In this document: in pieces, positions 38,840 through 48,701 of the stretch
How the letters are laid out: each line of letters begins with the position of its first letter
How positions within the stretch are numbered: the stretch's first letter is position 1
Assembly: GCA_045125175.1 (NCBI GenBank)
Contig: JBGVNA010000056.1
Span: 11,339-75,338, forward strand
Length of the DNA: 64,000 bases
Direction of reading: 5' to 3'
From: Acutalibacteraceae bacterium
Lineage (GTDB): Bacteria > Bacillota > Clostridia > Oscillospirales > Acutalibacteraceae
Program-made: the position numbers and the translations under genes
The notes under the pieces: model-generated
The model's input: only the letters and a program-made list of their open reading frames with translations
Database searches by the model: none
What the model was told of the DNA's origin: nothing

Positions 38840-39958
38840 ATGATTCAATTTGAAGAATTAAGACTTTCGCTTCTCGAATATGAAGAAAAACTTACCCAGC
38901 TTCGCGAGGCACTCGGCCTTGACGATATGAACAGGGAGATTGAAACTCTCGAGGCGCAGACTGCCGAAGAGGGATTCTGGAATGACCTTGCAAATTCGCA
39001 GAAGGTTCAGCAGAGAATCAGTCAGCTTAAAAATAAGGTGGGAGCTTATAACGCTCTTGAAAATGAATTCAACGACACTCTTGTTCTCATTGAGCTTTCA
39101 AATGAGGAAGAGGATCTCGATTTGCTCGACGAATGCAAAGCGGGTGTTGACGGCTTTGTTTCAAAGCTTGATGCAATGACCCTGAGCACTCTGCTTTCGG
39201 GAGAATATGACTCAAAGAACGCAATTCTCACCTTCCACGCAGGTGCAGGCGGAACAGAGGCGCAGGATTGGAACCAGATGCTCGTGAGAATGTATCAGCA
39301 CTGGGGCGAAAAGCACGGCTTCAAAATCAGCATGCTTGATTTCCTTGACGGCGATGAAGCAGGTCTTAAATCCGCTGTTCTGCTTGTTGAGGGCGAAAAT
39401 GCTTACGGCTATCTCAAGGGCGAAATGGGTGTTCACCGCCTTGTCCGTGTATCGCCGTTTGATTCCTCGGGCAGACGCCACACCTCATTTGCATCGCTCG
39501 AGGTTATGCCTGAAATCGACGACACAGTTGAGGTTGAAATCAACCCCGATGATCTGAGAATAGACTATTACCGTTCAAGCGGTGCAGGCGGTCAGAAAGT
39601 TAACAAAACATCTTCGGCTGTCCGTATTACCCATATTCCCACAGGCATTGTTTGCGCCTGCCAGGTTGAAAGAAGCCAGCATCAGAACAGAGATGTTGCA
39701 ATGAAAATGCTCAAGTCAAAGCTTATCGAAATCAAGGAAAGAGAGCATCTTGACAAGATTGACGATATCAAGGGCGAGCAGAGAGAAATTGCATGGGGCA
39801 GCCAGATACGTTCATATGTATTTATGCCCTATACACTTGCAAAAGACCACCGAACAGGCTTTGAAGCAGGTAACATCAACGCTGTTATGGACGGCGATAT
39901 CGACGGCTTTATCAATGCATATCTCAAAATGGAATCCTTGAAGGATAACGCAAACTAA
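38840..39958 (+). CDS. prfB: Peptide chain release factor 2 (no internal frameshift)
   Basis: SPF specificity motif and GGQ; continuous 372-aa ORF. Confidence 0.95.
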   Translation: MIQFEELRLSLLEYEEKLTQLREALGLDDMNREIETLEAQTAEEGFWNDLANSQKVQQRISQLKNKVGAYNALENEFNDTLVLIELSNEEEDLDLLDECKAGVDGFVSKLDAMTLSTLLSGEYDSKNAILTFHAGAGGTEAQDWNQMLVRMYQHWGEKHGFKISMLDFLDGDEAGLKSAVLLVEGENAYGYLKGEMGVHRLVRVSPFDSSGRRHTSFASLEVMPEIDDTVEVEINPDDLRIDYYRSSGAGGQKVNKTSSAVRITHIPTGIVCACQVERSQHQNRDVAMKMLKSKLIEIKEREHLDKIDDIKGEQREIAWGSQIRSYVFMPYTLAKDHRTGFEAGNINAVMDGDIDGFINAYLKMESLKDNAN

Positions 39959-39980
39959 TCTTGATTGCGGGTGTGAAATT

Positions 39981-40598
39981 GTGAAACTGATTGACATTTC
40001 AAGAAAGTTTTTCGGAGGCGAGGTTTATCCCGGCGACCCTGAGCCGAAATCGGAGCAGGTGTGCGAAATAGGCATGGAGTCCGAATGCAATCTTTCCGTT
40101 GTTCATGCCTGCGTTCATAATGCAACTCATGTTGATGCCCCTCTTCATTTTTTGCCGGATGGCGAAACCGTAGAGAACTTACCCGTTGAAACTTTTATCG
40201 GCCCTTGCACGGTTTTGCAGGTGCCGCCCGGAGTTATAACGGGTGACTATGTTGACAGATATTTTCCTAAAAAGTGCGAAAGATTGCTTATAAAGGGTGG
40301 AGGCAGAGCTTTTTTTATGGATTCCTCCGCTCAGGAGCTTGCAGACAGAGGGTTGATTCTCATCGGTACGGATTCGCTCTCCGTTGGCTGCAAGGGCAAT
40401 CAGGTCGGTCCGCACAAAGCATTTCTTCAAAATTCCGTTGCAATTCTCGAGGGGCTTGACCTTTCAGAGGTTCAGCCCGGCGAATATTTTCTTTTCGCTC
40501 CGCCCGTATGCTATAACGGGCTTGAAGGAGCACCCGCAAGAGCAGTTCTGATTGAGGACTATGTTTTCTGGTCGGGTTCAAAAAGAGGTGTGAAATGA
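39981..40598 (+). CDS. Cyclase family (kynurenine formamidase-like) metal hydrolase
   Basis: HNATHVDAPLHF, GTDSLS, ILEGL, GAPARAV. Confidence 0.88.
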   Translation: MKLIDISRKFFGGEVYPGDPEPKSEQVCEIGMESECNLSVVHACVHNATHVDAPLHFLPDGETVENLPVETFIGPCTVLQVPPGVITGDYVDRYFPKKCERLLIKGGGRAFFMDSSAQELADRGLILIGTDSLSVGCKGNQVGPHKAFLQNSVAILEGLDLSEVQPGEYFLFAPPVCYNGLEGAPARAVLIEDYVFWSGSKRGVK

Positions 40599-41185
40599 AA
40601 CGCTTATTCGATTTTACGGTGAGCCTTGTGCTCATACTGTTGCTTTTACCGGTGTTTCTGATAATCGGCTTTGTTATCGCAATTGATGCGGGCAACCCTG
40701 TTATTTATAAGCAATACCGTGTAGGCAAGGATAACAAGCTTTTCTATATCTATAAGTTCCGCACAATGAAAAATAACACAAGGCTTGCCGCAACCAAGGA
40801 TTTGACAGAGGCAGACAGCGTTATAACCAAGAGCGGCAGAATTCTGCGCAAAACAAGCCTTGACGAATTGCCTCAGCTCTTCAATGTACTTAAGGGCGAT
40901 ATGAGCTTTGTCGGCCCCAGACCCCTTATCCCTGAAGAAAAGGAGATAAGAGTTCTCCGCAAGGATTTGGGCGTTTATTCGGTTCGTCCCGGAATTACGG
41001 GTTGGGCGCAGGTTAACGGCAGAGATAAGCTCACAGACGAAGAAAAAGCCCTGTTTGACAAGGAATACATTGACAAACAGAGCATTGCTTTTGATATTAA
41101 AATTATGTTTAAAACGGTTATGGTTGTTCTCAAAAGAGAAAATATCGCTGAGGGCGGCGAGCCTGATAATAAGCGCAAGATTTAA
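40595..41185 (+). CDS. Bacterial sugar transferase (priming phosphoglycosyl transferase)
   Basis: KRLFD, YKFRTM, SLDELPQL, GDMSFVGPRP, RPGITGWAQVNGR. Confidence 0.92.
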   Translation: MKRLFDFTVSLVLILLLLPVFLIIGFVIAIDAGNPVIYKQYRVGKDNKLFYIYKFRTMKNNTRLAATKDLTEADSVITKSGRILRKTSLDELPQLFNVLKGDMSFVGPRPLIPEEKEIRVLRKDLGVYSVRPGITGWAQVNGRDKLTDEEKALFDKEYIDKQSIAFDIKIMFKTVMVVLKRENIAEGGEPDNKRKI

Positions 41186-41986
41186 TCAGGCAACTCCGAG
41201 ATATTCTTCAAAGCACTGACCGCTTGCTTTCATTGCTTTGGCGGCTTCAACGCCGACATATCTCCAGTGCCACGGCTCATAGATGATGTTTGTTACATCC
41301 TGCTTATCCTCGGGGTAACGCAGAATGAAGCCGTAATCCGCAGCGTTTTCGCAAAGCCATGCATATTCTTCGGTTTCATCAAAGCTCTGATAAAGGCTGC
41401 AGATATCCATTGCAAGGCCTGCGTTATGCTCGCTTGTGCCGGGGGGCAGAATAATCGTTGCCGCCATCTGGGTGGCTTCGGTTTTGCCGTAGCCGTCATC
41501 TATATACTTCTGAATTTTATTTTCAAAATTTCTTGTCTGCCTTTCAACCGAGCGATAGCCCGAAACGGGAGTCAGCTCAATTCCGTCCTCAAGGGCGGCG
41601 AGATACATCTCGTTATAGTGAGGCGCAACGCGGCAGTCAAGTTTGAGGCTGTCAGGGTCGTCGGTTATGCAGGGAGCAAGCTCAACCTCATAATCTTCTG
41701 GCAGAATATAATCTCTGTTGACCAGCAGCATTTTCCAATCGCTTATCTCAACATTTGCATAAACAGGCTCAAAGCCTGCATAAGCATAAGCGTAATCCTC
41801 GATTTTTTCGCCTGAATATATGTTTGCAACGGTTTCGGCAAGCTGAGAGGTTGTGTCGACAGTGTTTTCAGACGGATTGCCGTCGCTCACGGCAGGGTTT
41901 GAGTCATCTGAAAGGGAAGATATTCCGTAGCCGAGAAGCACAACGGCGAGAATGCCGAGCAAAACCAGAGTCAAAGTTTTTTTCAT
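41186..41986 (-). CDS. M15B D-Ala-D-Ala carboxypeptidase (VanY/LdcB-like)
   Basis: SGYRS, PGTSEHNAGLAMD, YEPWHWRYVG; N-terminal membrane anchor. Confidence 0.9.
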   Translation of the reverse strand: MKKTLTLVLLGILAVVLLGYGISSLSDDSNPAVSDGNPSENTVDTTSQLAETVANIYSGEKIEDYAYAYAGFEPVYANVEISDWKMLLVNRDYILPEDYEVELAPCITDDPDSLKLDCRVAPHYNEMYLAALEDGIELTPVSGYRSVERQTRNFENKIQKYIDDGYGKTEATQMAATIILPPGTSEHNAGLAMDICSLYQSFDETEEYAWLCENAADYGFILRYPEDKQDVTNIIYEPWHWRYVGVEAAKAMKASGQCFEEYLGVA

Positions 41987-42109
41987 TATAAAAATCCTCC
42001 AAAGGGAATTATATTCGCACACACTATTCTAAACCTAAAAATTACGGTTGTCAAATAAAAACCGTTTTGTTTATATAAAATTTAAAATCGGGAAAGGAGT
42101 TTTTGTTTC

Positions 42110-43381
42110 ATGAAAGCAAACGAAAGCGTAAAAAATTATGAGTCAACCCGCCGAATGTATACAAACTATGCTGCAAGAAGCATTAAAAAGGTTTGCAAGG
42201 AAATCGGCCCGAGATTCGCAGGCTCCGAAGAGGAGAAAAAAAGCATTGAATATATGGCAGAGGATTTGAAAACCTGCTGTGACGAGGTTAAAATTGAGTC
42301 TTATACCGTTCATCCCAAGGCATTTTTGGGTTGGATTCCCCTTTCGGTTGTTCTTATGACAATCTCGTGCGCGCTGTTCTTCGTTGCGCAGTTTTTCGCA
42401 ATCGCACCTCTCTTTTTTGTGGCGGCAGCGCTTACCGCAATCTGCCTTTTCTTCATTGTCACCGAGTTCCTTTTCTACAAAGAAACTCTTGACCCGTTTC
42501 TTCCGAAAAAAACTTCACATAACACCTACGGCATAAGAAAGCCCTCGGGAGAAGTTAAGCGCCGAATTATTTTCTGCGGCCATGCAGACTCCTCGATGGA
42601 ATGGCGTTTCACCTATTGGGGCGGCCCGAAGCTCGTTGTTCCCATTATCGGCGGCAGCGTAGTGGGCATTGTTCTTTCGCTTGTTTTCAATATTGTTACA
42701 ATCTTTATGAACGCAACAAATCCCGAATTCATCAACTCAACCGTTCTTGACGTGTTCAGCTATATTCTGCTTGCATTCATCGTTCTTTTCCTCGTTGCAT
42801 CGCTTTTCTATGATAAAAAGCGTATCGTTGAGGGTGCAAATGATGACCTCACAGGCTGCTTCACTTCAATTGCAATCCTCAAATATCTTCAGGATAATGA
42901 TATTCAGCTTGAAAACACAGAGGTTGTTGTTCTCTGCTCAGGCTCAGAGGAAATCGGTCTGAGAGGCTCAAAGAATTTCTGCGAAAAGCACGGCAAGGAA
43001 TTCAGCGACGTTGAAACCGTTTTTGTTGCTCTCGACACTCTTCACGATTTCGATTTCATGGCTATATATAATAAGGATATGACAGGCACTGTCAAGAATG
43101 ATGCCGATGCATGCAAGCTCCTTAAAGAGGGTGCAAAGCTCGCAAACTATGATGTTCCTTATAAGACTGTTTCTCTCGGTGCAACGGATGCTGCGGCTGT
43201 TTCAAAGAGCAAGTGCGGCATCAAGGCAACCTCTTTCGCAGCTATGGACCCCTCGCCCGCACGTTATTACCACACAAGGCTTGATACCCACGAAAACCTT
43301 GACCTCAAAACAATCGAAGCAAGCCTTGATATCTGCCTCAACACCCTCTTCCTCTATGATGAAAAGGGTCTTGACGTATAA
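42110..43381 (+). CDS. Membrane-embedded M28 family metallopeptidase
   Basis: GHADS, GANDD, SEEIGLRGS, TDA and YHT motifs with four hydrophobic segments. Confidence 0.85.
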   Translation: MKANESVKNYESTRRMYTNYAARSIKKVCKEIGPRFAGSEEEKKSIEYMAEDLKTCCDEVKIESYTVHPKAFLGWIPLSVVLMTISCALFFVAQFFAIAPLFFVAAALTAICLFFIVTEFLFYKETLDPFLPKKTSHNTYGIRKPSGEVKRRIIFCGHADSSMEWRFTYWGGPKLVVPIIGGSVVGIVLSLVFNIVTIFMNATNPEFINSTVLDVFSYILLAFIVLFLVASLFYDKKRIVEGANDDLTGCFTSIAILKYLQDNDIQLENTEVVVLCSGSEEIGLRGSKNFCEKHGKEFSDVETVFVALDTLHDFDFMAIYNKDMTGTVKNDADACKLLKEGAKLANYDVPYKTVSLGATDAAAVSKSKCGIKATSFAAMDPSPARYYHTRLDTHENLDLKTIEASLDICLNTLFLYDEKGLDV

Positions 43382-43555
43382 TAATTAGGCATTTTACACA
43401 AACGGACACAGCCGAAATTTTTCACTTTCAACAAAAATTTTTATTTCGTAAAATTTGGCTGTATTTTGTTCGTTAATGTGCTATAATACATTCATTAATA
43501 TCCTAAAATTTGCTTAATGCAGCGGCATTGCCGCTTGCGAAAGGAGATTTATCTG

Positions 43556-44443
43556 ATGAATAAAAAAATAATGGCAGCAATCAGCATGATTCTTGTTTTC
43601 TCTCTTCTCTTTGCCTTTGCAGGCTGTTCTTCGACATCAGGGGAAGAAGAAACAACCACAACAACAATTTTCGTTAAAACACCTCTTCCCACCGACATAA
43701 CAACTTCTCTTGACGAGGAGAGCCAGGTTGTTACAGACACAACATATTCACCCGAAGCTCTCGTAGCCAACACTGCAACCATTTTTGAGTATTTCAATCT
43801 TCATGTCAACGAGCTTAAGGGCGTTAAGGCAAAGGTTGAAATGAGCCAGGATAAGAGCATCGGCAAAGCAAAGGATGCTGAAGGCAATGACCTTCCCATG
43901 AGCGATAACGACTATCTCAATGCAGCTATCACTTCGCTTGACAGCTATATGCTTCATAACGACGGTGCATCGGTTGAATACGGCGAAGATCTTGTTGAGT
44001 TCCTTCCCGTTAAGGGCGCAACATATGTAAGCGCACTCACTCTTGATGATGTTGAAAGCGCAACCTGCGTTGATAACGAAAACCAGAGAACAATCACTCT
44101 CACTCTTAAGTCCCCCTCGCTTCCCGCAACAATCGAGAAGGCATACGATATGGGCAATGTTGACGATGTTCTCGCCGAGTTCCAGAAGGCTGAGAAGTAT
44201 CTCACAGTTGCAAAGCCCACCCTTACATATAAGGACTGCCAGATTATCATTATCGCAAACGTTGAGACCGATGAGGTTCACACAATCGAGTATAAGAAGA
44301 ACATCGACGTTGAAACAGAAGTTACAGGCCAGGGCTCACTTGCAGATATGGGAACAGTTCCCGTAGTATTCCGCTACAGCAACACTGTCAGATATACTCT
44401 TGACAGAACAAACCCTGCTGAAACAACAGTTGCAGCTGAATAA
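43556..44443 (+). CDS. Hypothetical lipoprotein
   Basis: FAFAGC lipobox, poly-Thr linker, AAGGAG RBS. Confidence 0.8.
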   Translation: MNKKIMAAISMILVFSLLFAFAGCSSTSGEEETTTTTIFVKTPLPTDITTSLDEESQVVTDTTYSPEALVANTATIFEYFNLHVNELKGVKAKVEMSQDKSIGKAKDAEGNDLPMSDNDYLNAAITSLDSYMLHNDGASVEYGEDLVEFLPVKGATYVSALTLDDVESATCVDNENQRTITLTLKSPSLPATIEKAYDMGNVDDVLAEFQKAEKYLTVAKPTLTYKDCQIIIIANVETDEVHTIEYKKNIDVETEVTGQGSLADMGTVPVVFRYSNTVRYTLDRTNPAETTVAAE

Positions 44444-44453
44444 TTAAAAAATT

Positions 44454-44483
44454 AATCCCCCGTCATTTGACGGGGGATTTTTT
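44454..44483. terminator. Bidirectional terminator
   Basis: AATCCCCCGTCA / TGACGGGGGATT. Confidence 0.8.
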
Positions 44484-44488
44484 ATGCC

Positions 44489-45811
44489 TTATTTATAATC
44501 TTTCATGTATTCGCCGTGAGCTTCGATAAGCTCGTCAACCATTGCCTTGATATCGTCAATGGAAAGCTCGGCTGCGGTGTGAGGTTCAAGCATAGCCGCC
44601 ATGTAGATATCCTCGCGCTTCTTTGTAACAGCCGCATTGATTGTGAGAAGCTGGGCATTGATATTGGTCATGTTCATTGCTGCAAGCTGAACGGGGAGCT
44701 TGCCGACGTGGCAGGGATGGATGCCTTTGCCGTCGATAAGGCAGGGAACTTCAACGCAGGCGTCTGCAGGCAGGTTGTCGATAAGACCCGTGTTGAGAAC
44801 GTTGCCGCCGATTTTATAGGGATTGCCCGTAACGATGGACTCCATGATGTATGAAGCGTATTCACCCGAACGCTCGTGTGTAATCTGACCGTTATCGAGA
44901 ATTCTTTCTTTCTCGGCTTTCCAGCCTGCTATCTGATTAACACATCGGCGGGGATATTCGTCAAGGGGAATGTTGTATCTTTCGATAAGCTCAGGATATT
45001 TTGACTTGATATAGAAGCAGTTATATTCGGCGTTATGCTCGCTGGATTCGGTGCAGTAATAGCCGAAATTCTTTATGTATTCAAATCTGACCATATCATC
45101 ATGCTTCTGAGTTGCGTTCTTTTCGGCAGCTCTTCTGCGGATTTCGGGATAGAGGTCGTTGCCGTCCTTATCTTCAATTTCAAGCAGCCAGCCCATATGG
45201 TTGATGCCTGCGATAAGCTCTTTTCTGCCCTCAAGCTTGTCTTCCATGCCGAGCTTGTTGAGGAGGTCTCTTGTGCAGCTCTGAACAGAGTGGCAAAGAC
45301 CGATTGTTTTGATCTTGGTATATCTCTGCATATAGCCCGAGAGGATTGACATGGGGTTTGTGTAGTTAAGGAACCATGCGTCGGGGCAAACCTCTTCCAT
45401 ATCGTTTGCAAAATCCTGAAGAACGGGGATTGTTCTAAGACCTCTCATGATGCCGCCGATACCGAGAGTGTCGGCGATGGTCTGGCGAAGACCGTATTTC
45501 TTGGGAACCTCAAAGTCGATGATGGTGCAGGGGTCATAAAGACCGACCTGAATTGCGTTAACAACAAAGGTTGCGCCTCTGAGAGCTTCCTTTCTGTTTT
45601 CAACGCCGCAGTATTTTTCGATTTTTGCTCTGCCCTCGTTAACGTTTTTGTTCATTGCGCTGAGGATAATATAGCTGTCCTCAAGTCTTTCCTCGTCAAT
45701 GTCGTAAAGAGCGATAACGCTGTCACGCAGAGCGGGGGTACACATACAGTCGCCAAGAACATTTCGTGCAAAAACGGTGCTTCCCGCACCCATAAAAGTA
45801 ATTTTAATCAT
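44489..45811 (-). CDS. GH4 NAD+-dependent alpha-galactosidase/glucosidase (MelA-like)
   Basis: KITFMGAGS, DTLGIGG, NYTNP, GLCH, AGINH, TESSEHNAEY. Confidence 0.92.
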   Translation of the reverse strand: MIKITFMGAGSTVFARNVLGDCMCTPALRDSVIALYDIDEERLEDSYIILSAMNKNVNEGRAKIEKYCGVENRKEALRGATFVVNAIQVGLYDPCTIIDFEVPKKYGLRQTIADTLGIGGIMRGLRTIPVLQDFANDMEEVCPDAWFLNYTNPMSILSGYMQRYTKIKTIGLCHSVQSCTRDLLNKLGMEDKLEGRKELIAGINHMGWLLEIEDKDGNDLYPEIRRRAAEKNATQKHDDMVRFEYIKNFGYYCTESSEHNAEYNCFYIKSKYPELIERYNIPLDEYPRRCVNQIAGWKAEKERILDNGQITHERSGEYASYIMESIVTGNPYKIGGNVLNTGLIDNLPADACVEVPCLIDGKGIHPCHVGKLPVQLAAMNMTNINAQLLTINAAVTKKREDIYMAAMLEPHTAAELSIDDIKAMVDELIEAHGEYMKDYK

Positions 45812-45837
45812 AGCCAATCTCCTTTGATAAGCATCGG

Positions 45838-46908
45838 TTATATTACATCTTTAAATTCAACAACCTTGTTTGTTTTTCCCGATTCGAAAATTGCTTCAAC
45901 AAGGCGCATGAGTCTGCGCTGCTGGTCATGGGTGATAAGAGCGCTCTCTTCACCTCTCAGATGGGCAAATATATTTTTATAATATTCACCCCAATCCGCT
46001 TTCTGAACGGGGAGAGGATATGTTTCAATTGTGTCGTCTGTTCTGGGAGCCATGGTTTTGGTTATGCCTGCTCCCGCAACGATGGGAACGGCATCTCTGT
46101 TTTCCCAGTCGGAAACCATAACGGTTTTGCCGTTGCAATCCCAATCGGTAATGACCGATGTTCCGTTTTCGCCGAGCATATACCAGAGCGGAAGCTCGAT
46201 GAAATTGCTGGTTGTAACTTCAACATAGAACGAAAGACCGTCGTCAAAAATCAGCGTTGTGCGGAAGCCGTCGTCGCAGTTTTCGTTGGTAACGTTTGTA
46301 AGCTCTGCGTAAACGGATTTAAGTTTTCTGGGCATGGTCATCATAAGCGCCTGGTCAAGCAGGTGAATACCCCAGTCATAAACCATGCCGCCGCCATGCT
46401 CGGGCTTATTGCGCCAGTCGCCGGGCACACCTCTTGAGCCCTGAACTCTTGATTCGATGCGGAAAACTCTGCCGAGAGTGTTCTCGTCAAGGAGCTTTTT
46501 CATTGTGAGATAGTCCTCATCCCAGCGTCTGTTCTGATGAACGGTGAAAAGCTTGCCTGTTTCGTTTGCGCAGGCAATCATTTCTTCAAGGTCTGCGGAA
46601 CAGATTGTGACGGGCTTTTCGCTGATAACGTTTTTGCCGTGGCGCATTGCGTCAATTGCAATTTCCTTGTGAACATCGTTGGGGGTTGCGATTGTTACAA
46701 GGTCGATGCGCTCGTCCGAGAGCAGCTCTTCTCTTGAAGAGAAGAAATGGATTCCGTTTTCTTCGGCAACTTTAGCTCTGTCGGGGTTGATGTCATAAAC
46801 ACCGACAAGCTCGGCGTATTCGCCCATATCGTTTTTTATTTTTCTTGCGTGCCAGTTGCCCATGCCGCCGTAGCCGATAACGGCAAAGCCAAATTTATTG
46901 TTAACCAT
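45838..46908 (-). CDS. Gfo/Idh/MocA family oxidoreductase
   Basis: GYGGMG, ATPNDVH, EKP, HQNRRWD, GGGMVYDWGIH. Confidence 0.92.
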   Translation of the reverse strand: MVNNKFGFAVIGYGGMGNWHARKIKNDMGEYAELVGVYDINPDRAKVAEENGIHFFSSREELLSDERIDLVTIATPNDVHKEIAIDAMRHGKNVISEKPVTICSADLEEMIACANETGKLFTVHQNRRWDEDYLTMKKLLDENTLGRVFRIESRVQGSRGVPGDWRNKPEHGGGMVYDWGIHLLDQALMMTMPRKLKSVYAELTNVTNENCDDGFRTTLIFDDGLSFYVEVTTSNFIELPLWYMLGENGTSVITDWDCNGKTVMVSDWENRDAVPIVAGAGITKTMAPRTDDTIETYPLPVQKADWGEYYKNIFAHLRGEESALITHDQQRRLMRLVEAIFESGKTNKVVEFKDVI

Positions 46909-46985
46909 AGTATGCGCTTCCTTATATTAAAAGATTTGCCATATGCACCGTCAGGTGCAATTCATTAAGTTTCGCTTTGCGAAAC

Positions 46986-47951
46986 TTAAACCCACCACAT
47001 TTCGCCTGTGGATTCGGTAACAAGAACCTCTTTGAGGAATGAAACAGCCTTTGAAAGGCCCTCGTTCTGGCTCATGAGCGAATCCTCATGCTCAATGCTG
47101 ATTGCATAGTCATAGCCGATCATGCGGAGGTTGGATATAATGTCTTTCCAATATGAATAATCGTTGCCGTAGCCGACTGAACGGAAAATCCATGAGCGGT
47201 TGATTTCATCGCCGTAGGGCTTGGTGTCAAGCACGCCGTTAACAGCGGTGTTGTATTTATCAATTTTTGTATCCTTTGCGTGGAAGTGGAAGATTGCATC
47301 GCCGAGCTTGCGGATGCAGGCAACGGGATCCATGCCCTGCCAGATAAGGTGGCTGGGGTCAAAGTTTGCGCCGATTTCGGGGCCTACAGCCTCACGAAGA
47401 CGGAGCAGAGAGTCTGTGTTATAAACACAGAAGCCGGGGTGAAGCTCAAGGGCAATTTTGTTGACACCGTGAGCCTTTGCAAACTCAACAAGATTTTTCC
47501 AATAGGGAATAAGGACCTCATTCCACTGCCAGTCAAGGATTTCGCCGAAATCGTTGGGCCAGGGGCAGGTTACCCAGTTGGGATATTTTGCTGTTTCGCA
47601 ATCGCCGGGGCAGCCCGAGAAGGTGTTGATCTGATGCAAGCCGAGCTTTTCGGCAAGCAGAATTGTGTTTCTGATAGTCTTATCAAATTCAGCGGCGATT
47701 TCCTTGTTGGGATGCACGGGGTTTCCGTGGCATGAAAGTGCGCTGATTTCAACATCGTATTTCTTTATAAGAGCCTTGAATTCCTCAAGCTTTGCTTCAT
47801 CATTGAGCAGGGTTTCGGGGTCTGCATGAGCGTTGCCGGGGTAGCCGCCGCAGCCGATTTCAACCATTTCAATGCCGAGCGATTTGAAATATTTGAGTGA
47901 CTCTTCAAGAGAGAGATTTGAAAGTAAGGTTGTGAATACTCCGAGTTTCAT
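46986..47951 (-). CDS. Xylose-isomerase-like TIM barrel (sugar phosphate isomerase/epimerase) protein
   Basis: ELHPG, NFDPSH, HFHAKD and SIEHED metal ligands. Confidence 0.9.
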   Translation of the reverse strand: MKLGVFTTLLSNLSLEESLKYFKSLGIEMVEIGCGGYPGNAHADPETLLNDEAKLEEFKALIKKYDVEISALSCHGNPVHPNKEIAAEFDKTIRNTILLAEKLGLHQINTFSGCPGDCETAKYPNWVTCPWPNDFGEILDWQWNEVLIPYWKNLVEFAKAHGVNKIALELHPGFCVYNTDSLLRLREAVGPEIGANFDPSHLIWQGMDPVACIRKLGDAIFHFHAKDTKIDKYNTAVNGVLDTKPYGDEINRSWIFRSVGYGNDYSYWKDIISNLRMIGYDYAISIEHEDSLMSQNEGLSKAVSFLKEVLVTESTGEMWWV

Positions 47952-47963
47952 GATTTTTCTCCT

Positions 47964-48689
47964 TTAGATAATGCCTTTAAGATACTTCAGGCTTCTTGTG
48001 ATATCCTCAAAGCCTGTGGGCACGGGGTCATCGTTTTCAACAATAACCCACTCCATGCCGATATCCTTTGCCGCTCTGATAACAGCAGGGATATCGTTGT
48101 TGCCCTCGCCGAGAGCCTTGGGCTTGCCGTCGATGCCGTCTTTAAGATGAATATGGATAATCTTATCCTTGTTTTCGGTTATGAATTTGTAGTTGTCAAC
48201 GCCTGCGTGGAAGCTCCAATAGGTATCGATTTCAAGAGGACAGAGTCCGCCGATAACATCGATGGGAAGAAGCCCGTTTTCAAGGGGCTTGAACTCCTCG
48301 CAGTGGTTGTGATAATAGGTTTTGATTCCGTATTTCTCCATGGCATATGCCTGAGCGTCACCGAGCACCTTGCCTGTGTTTTCGGCTTCTTCCATTGTGC
48401 CGTGGGGTGCGCCGCCTACGCCGATTGTCTTAACGCCGAGTGCGTTCTGGAATTCAATTGTTTCGGCAAGCTTGTCACCCTTGAAATCGTCAAGGCCGAT
48501 GTGGCCGCCGACGGCAACAAGGCCGATTTCGTCAAGCTTTGCCTTGATGGTTGCGGCATCTGCGCCGAAATATCCCGCAAACTCTACGCCGTCATAGCCG
48601 ATTTTTTTGATTTCTTCAAGGGCTTTGAGCAGAGTTTCGGTGTCGCTGATATGTTCTCTTACGGAATAAACCTGAACTGCTATTTTCAT
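47964..48689 (-). CDS. Xylose-isomerase-like TIM barrel (sugar phosphate isomerase/epimerase) protein
   Basis: QVYSVR, YHNHCEEF, EIDTYW, HLKD, VEND. Confidence 0.9.
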   Translation of the reverse strand: MKIAVQVYSVREHISDTETLLKALEEIKKIGYDGVEFAGYFGADAATIKAKLDEIGLVAVGGHIGLDDFKGDKLAETIEFQNALGVKTIGVGGAPHGTMEEAENTGKVLGDAQAYAMEKYGIKTYYHNHCEEFKPLENGLLPIDVIGGLCPLEIDTYWSFHAGVDNYKFITENKDKIIHIHLKDGIDGKPKALGEGNNDIPAVIRAAKDIGMEWVIVENDDPVPTGFEDITRSLKYLKGII

Positions 48690-48701
48690 TGAAATTACCT
48701 C

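Noticed and set aside
41186-41986. VanY-like gene as a vancomycin-resistance determinant
   Set aside because: No van ligase, dehydrogenase or VanRS nearby; stand-alone M15B peptidases are ordinary cell-wall enzymes
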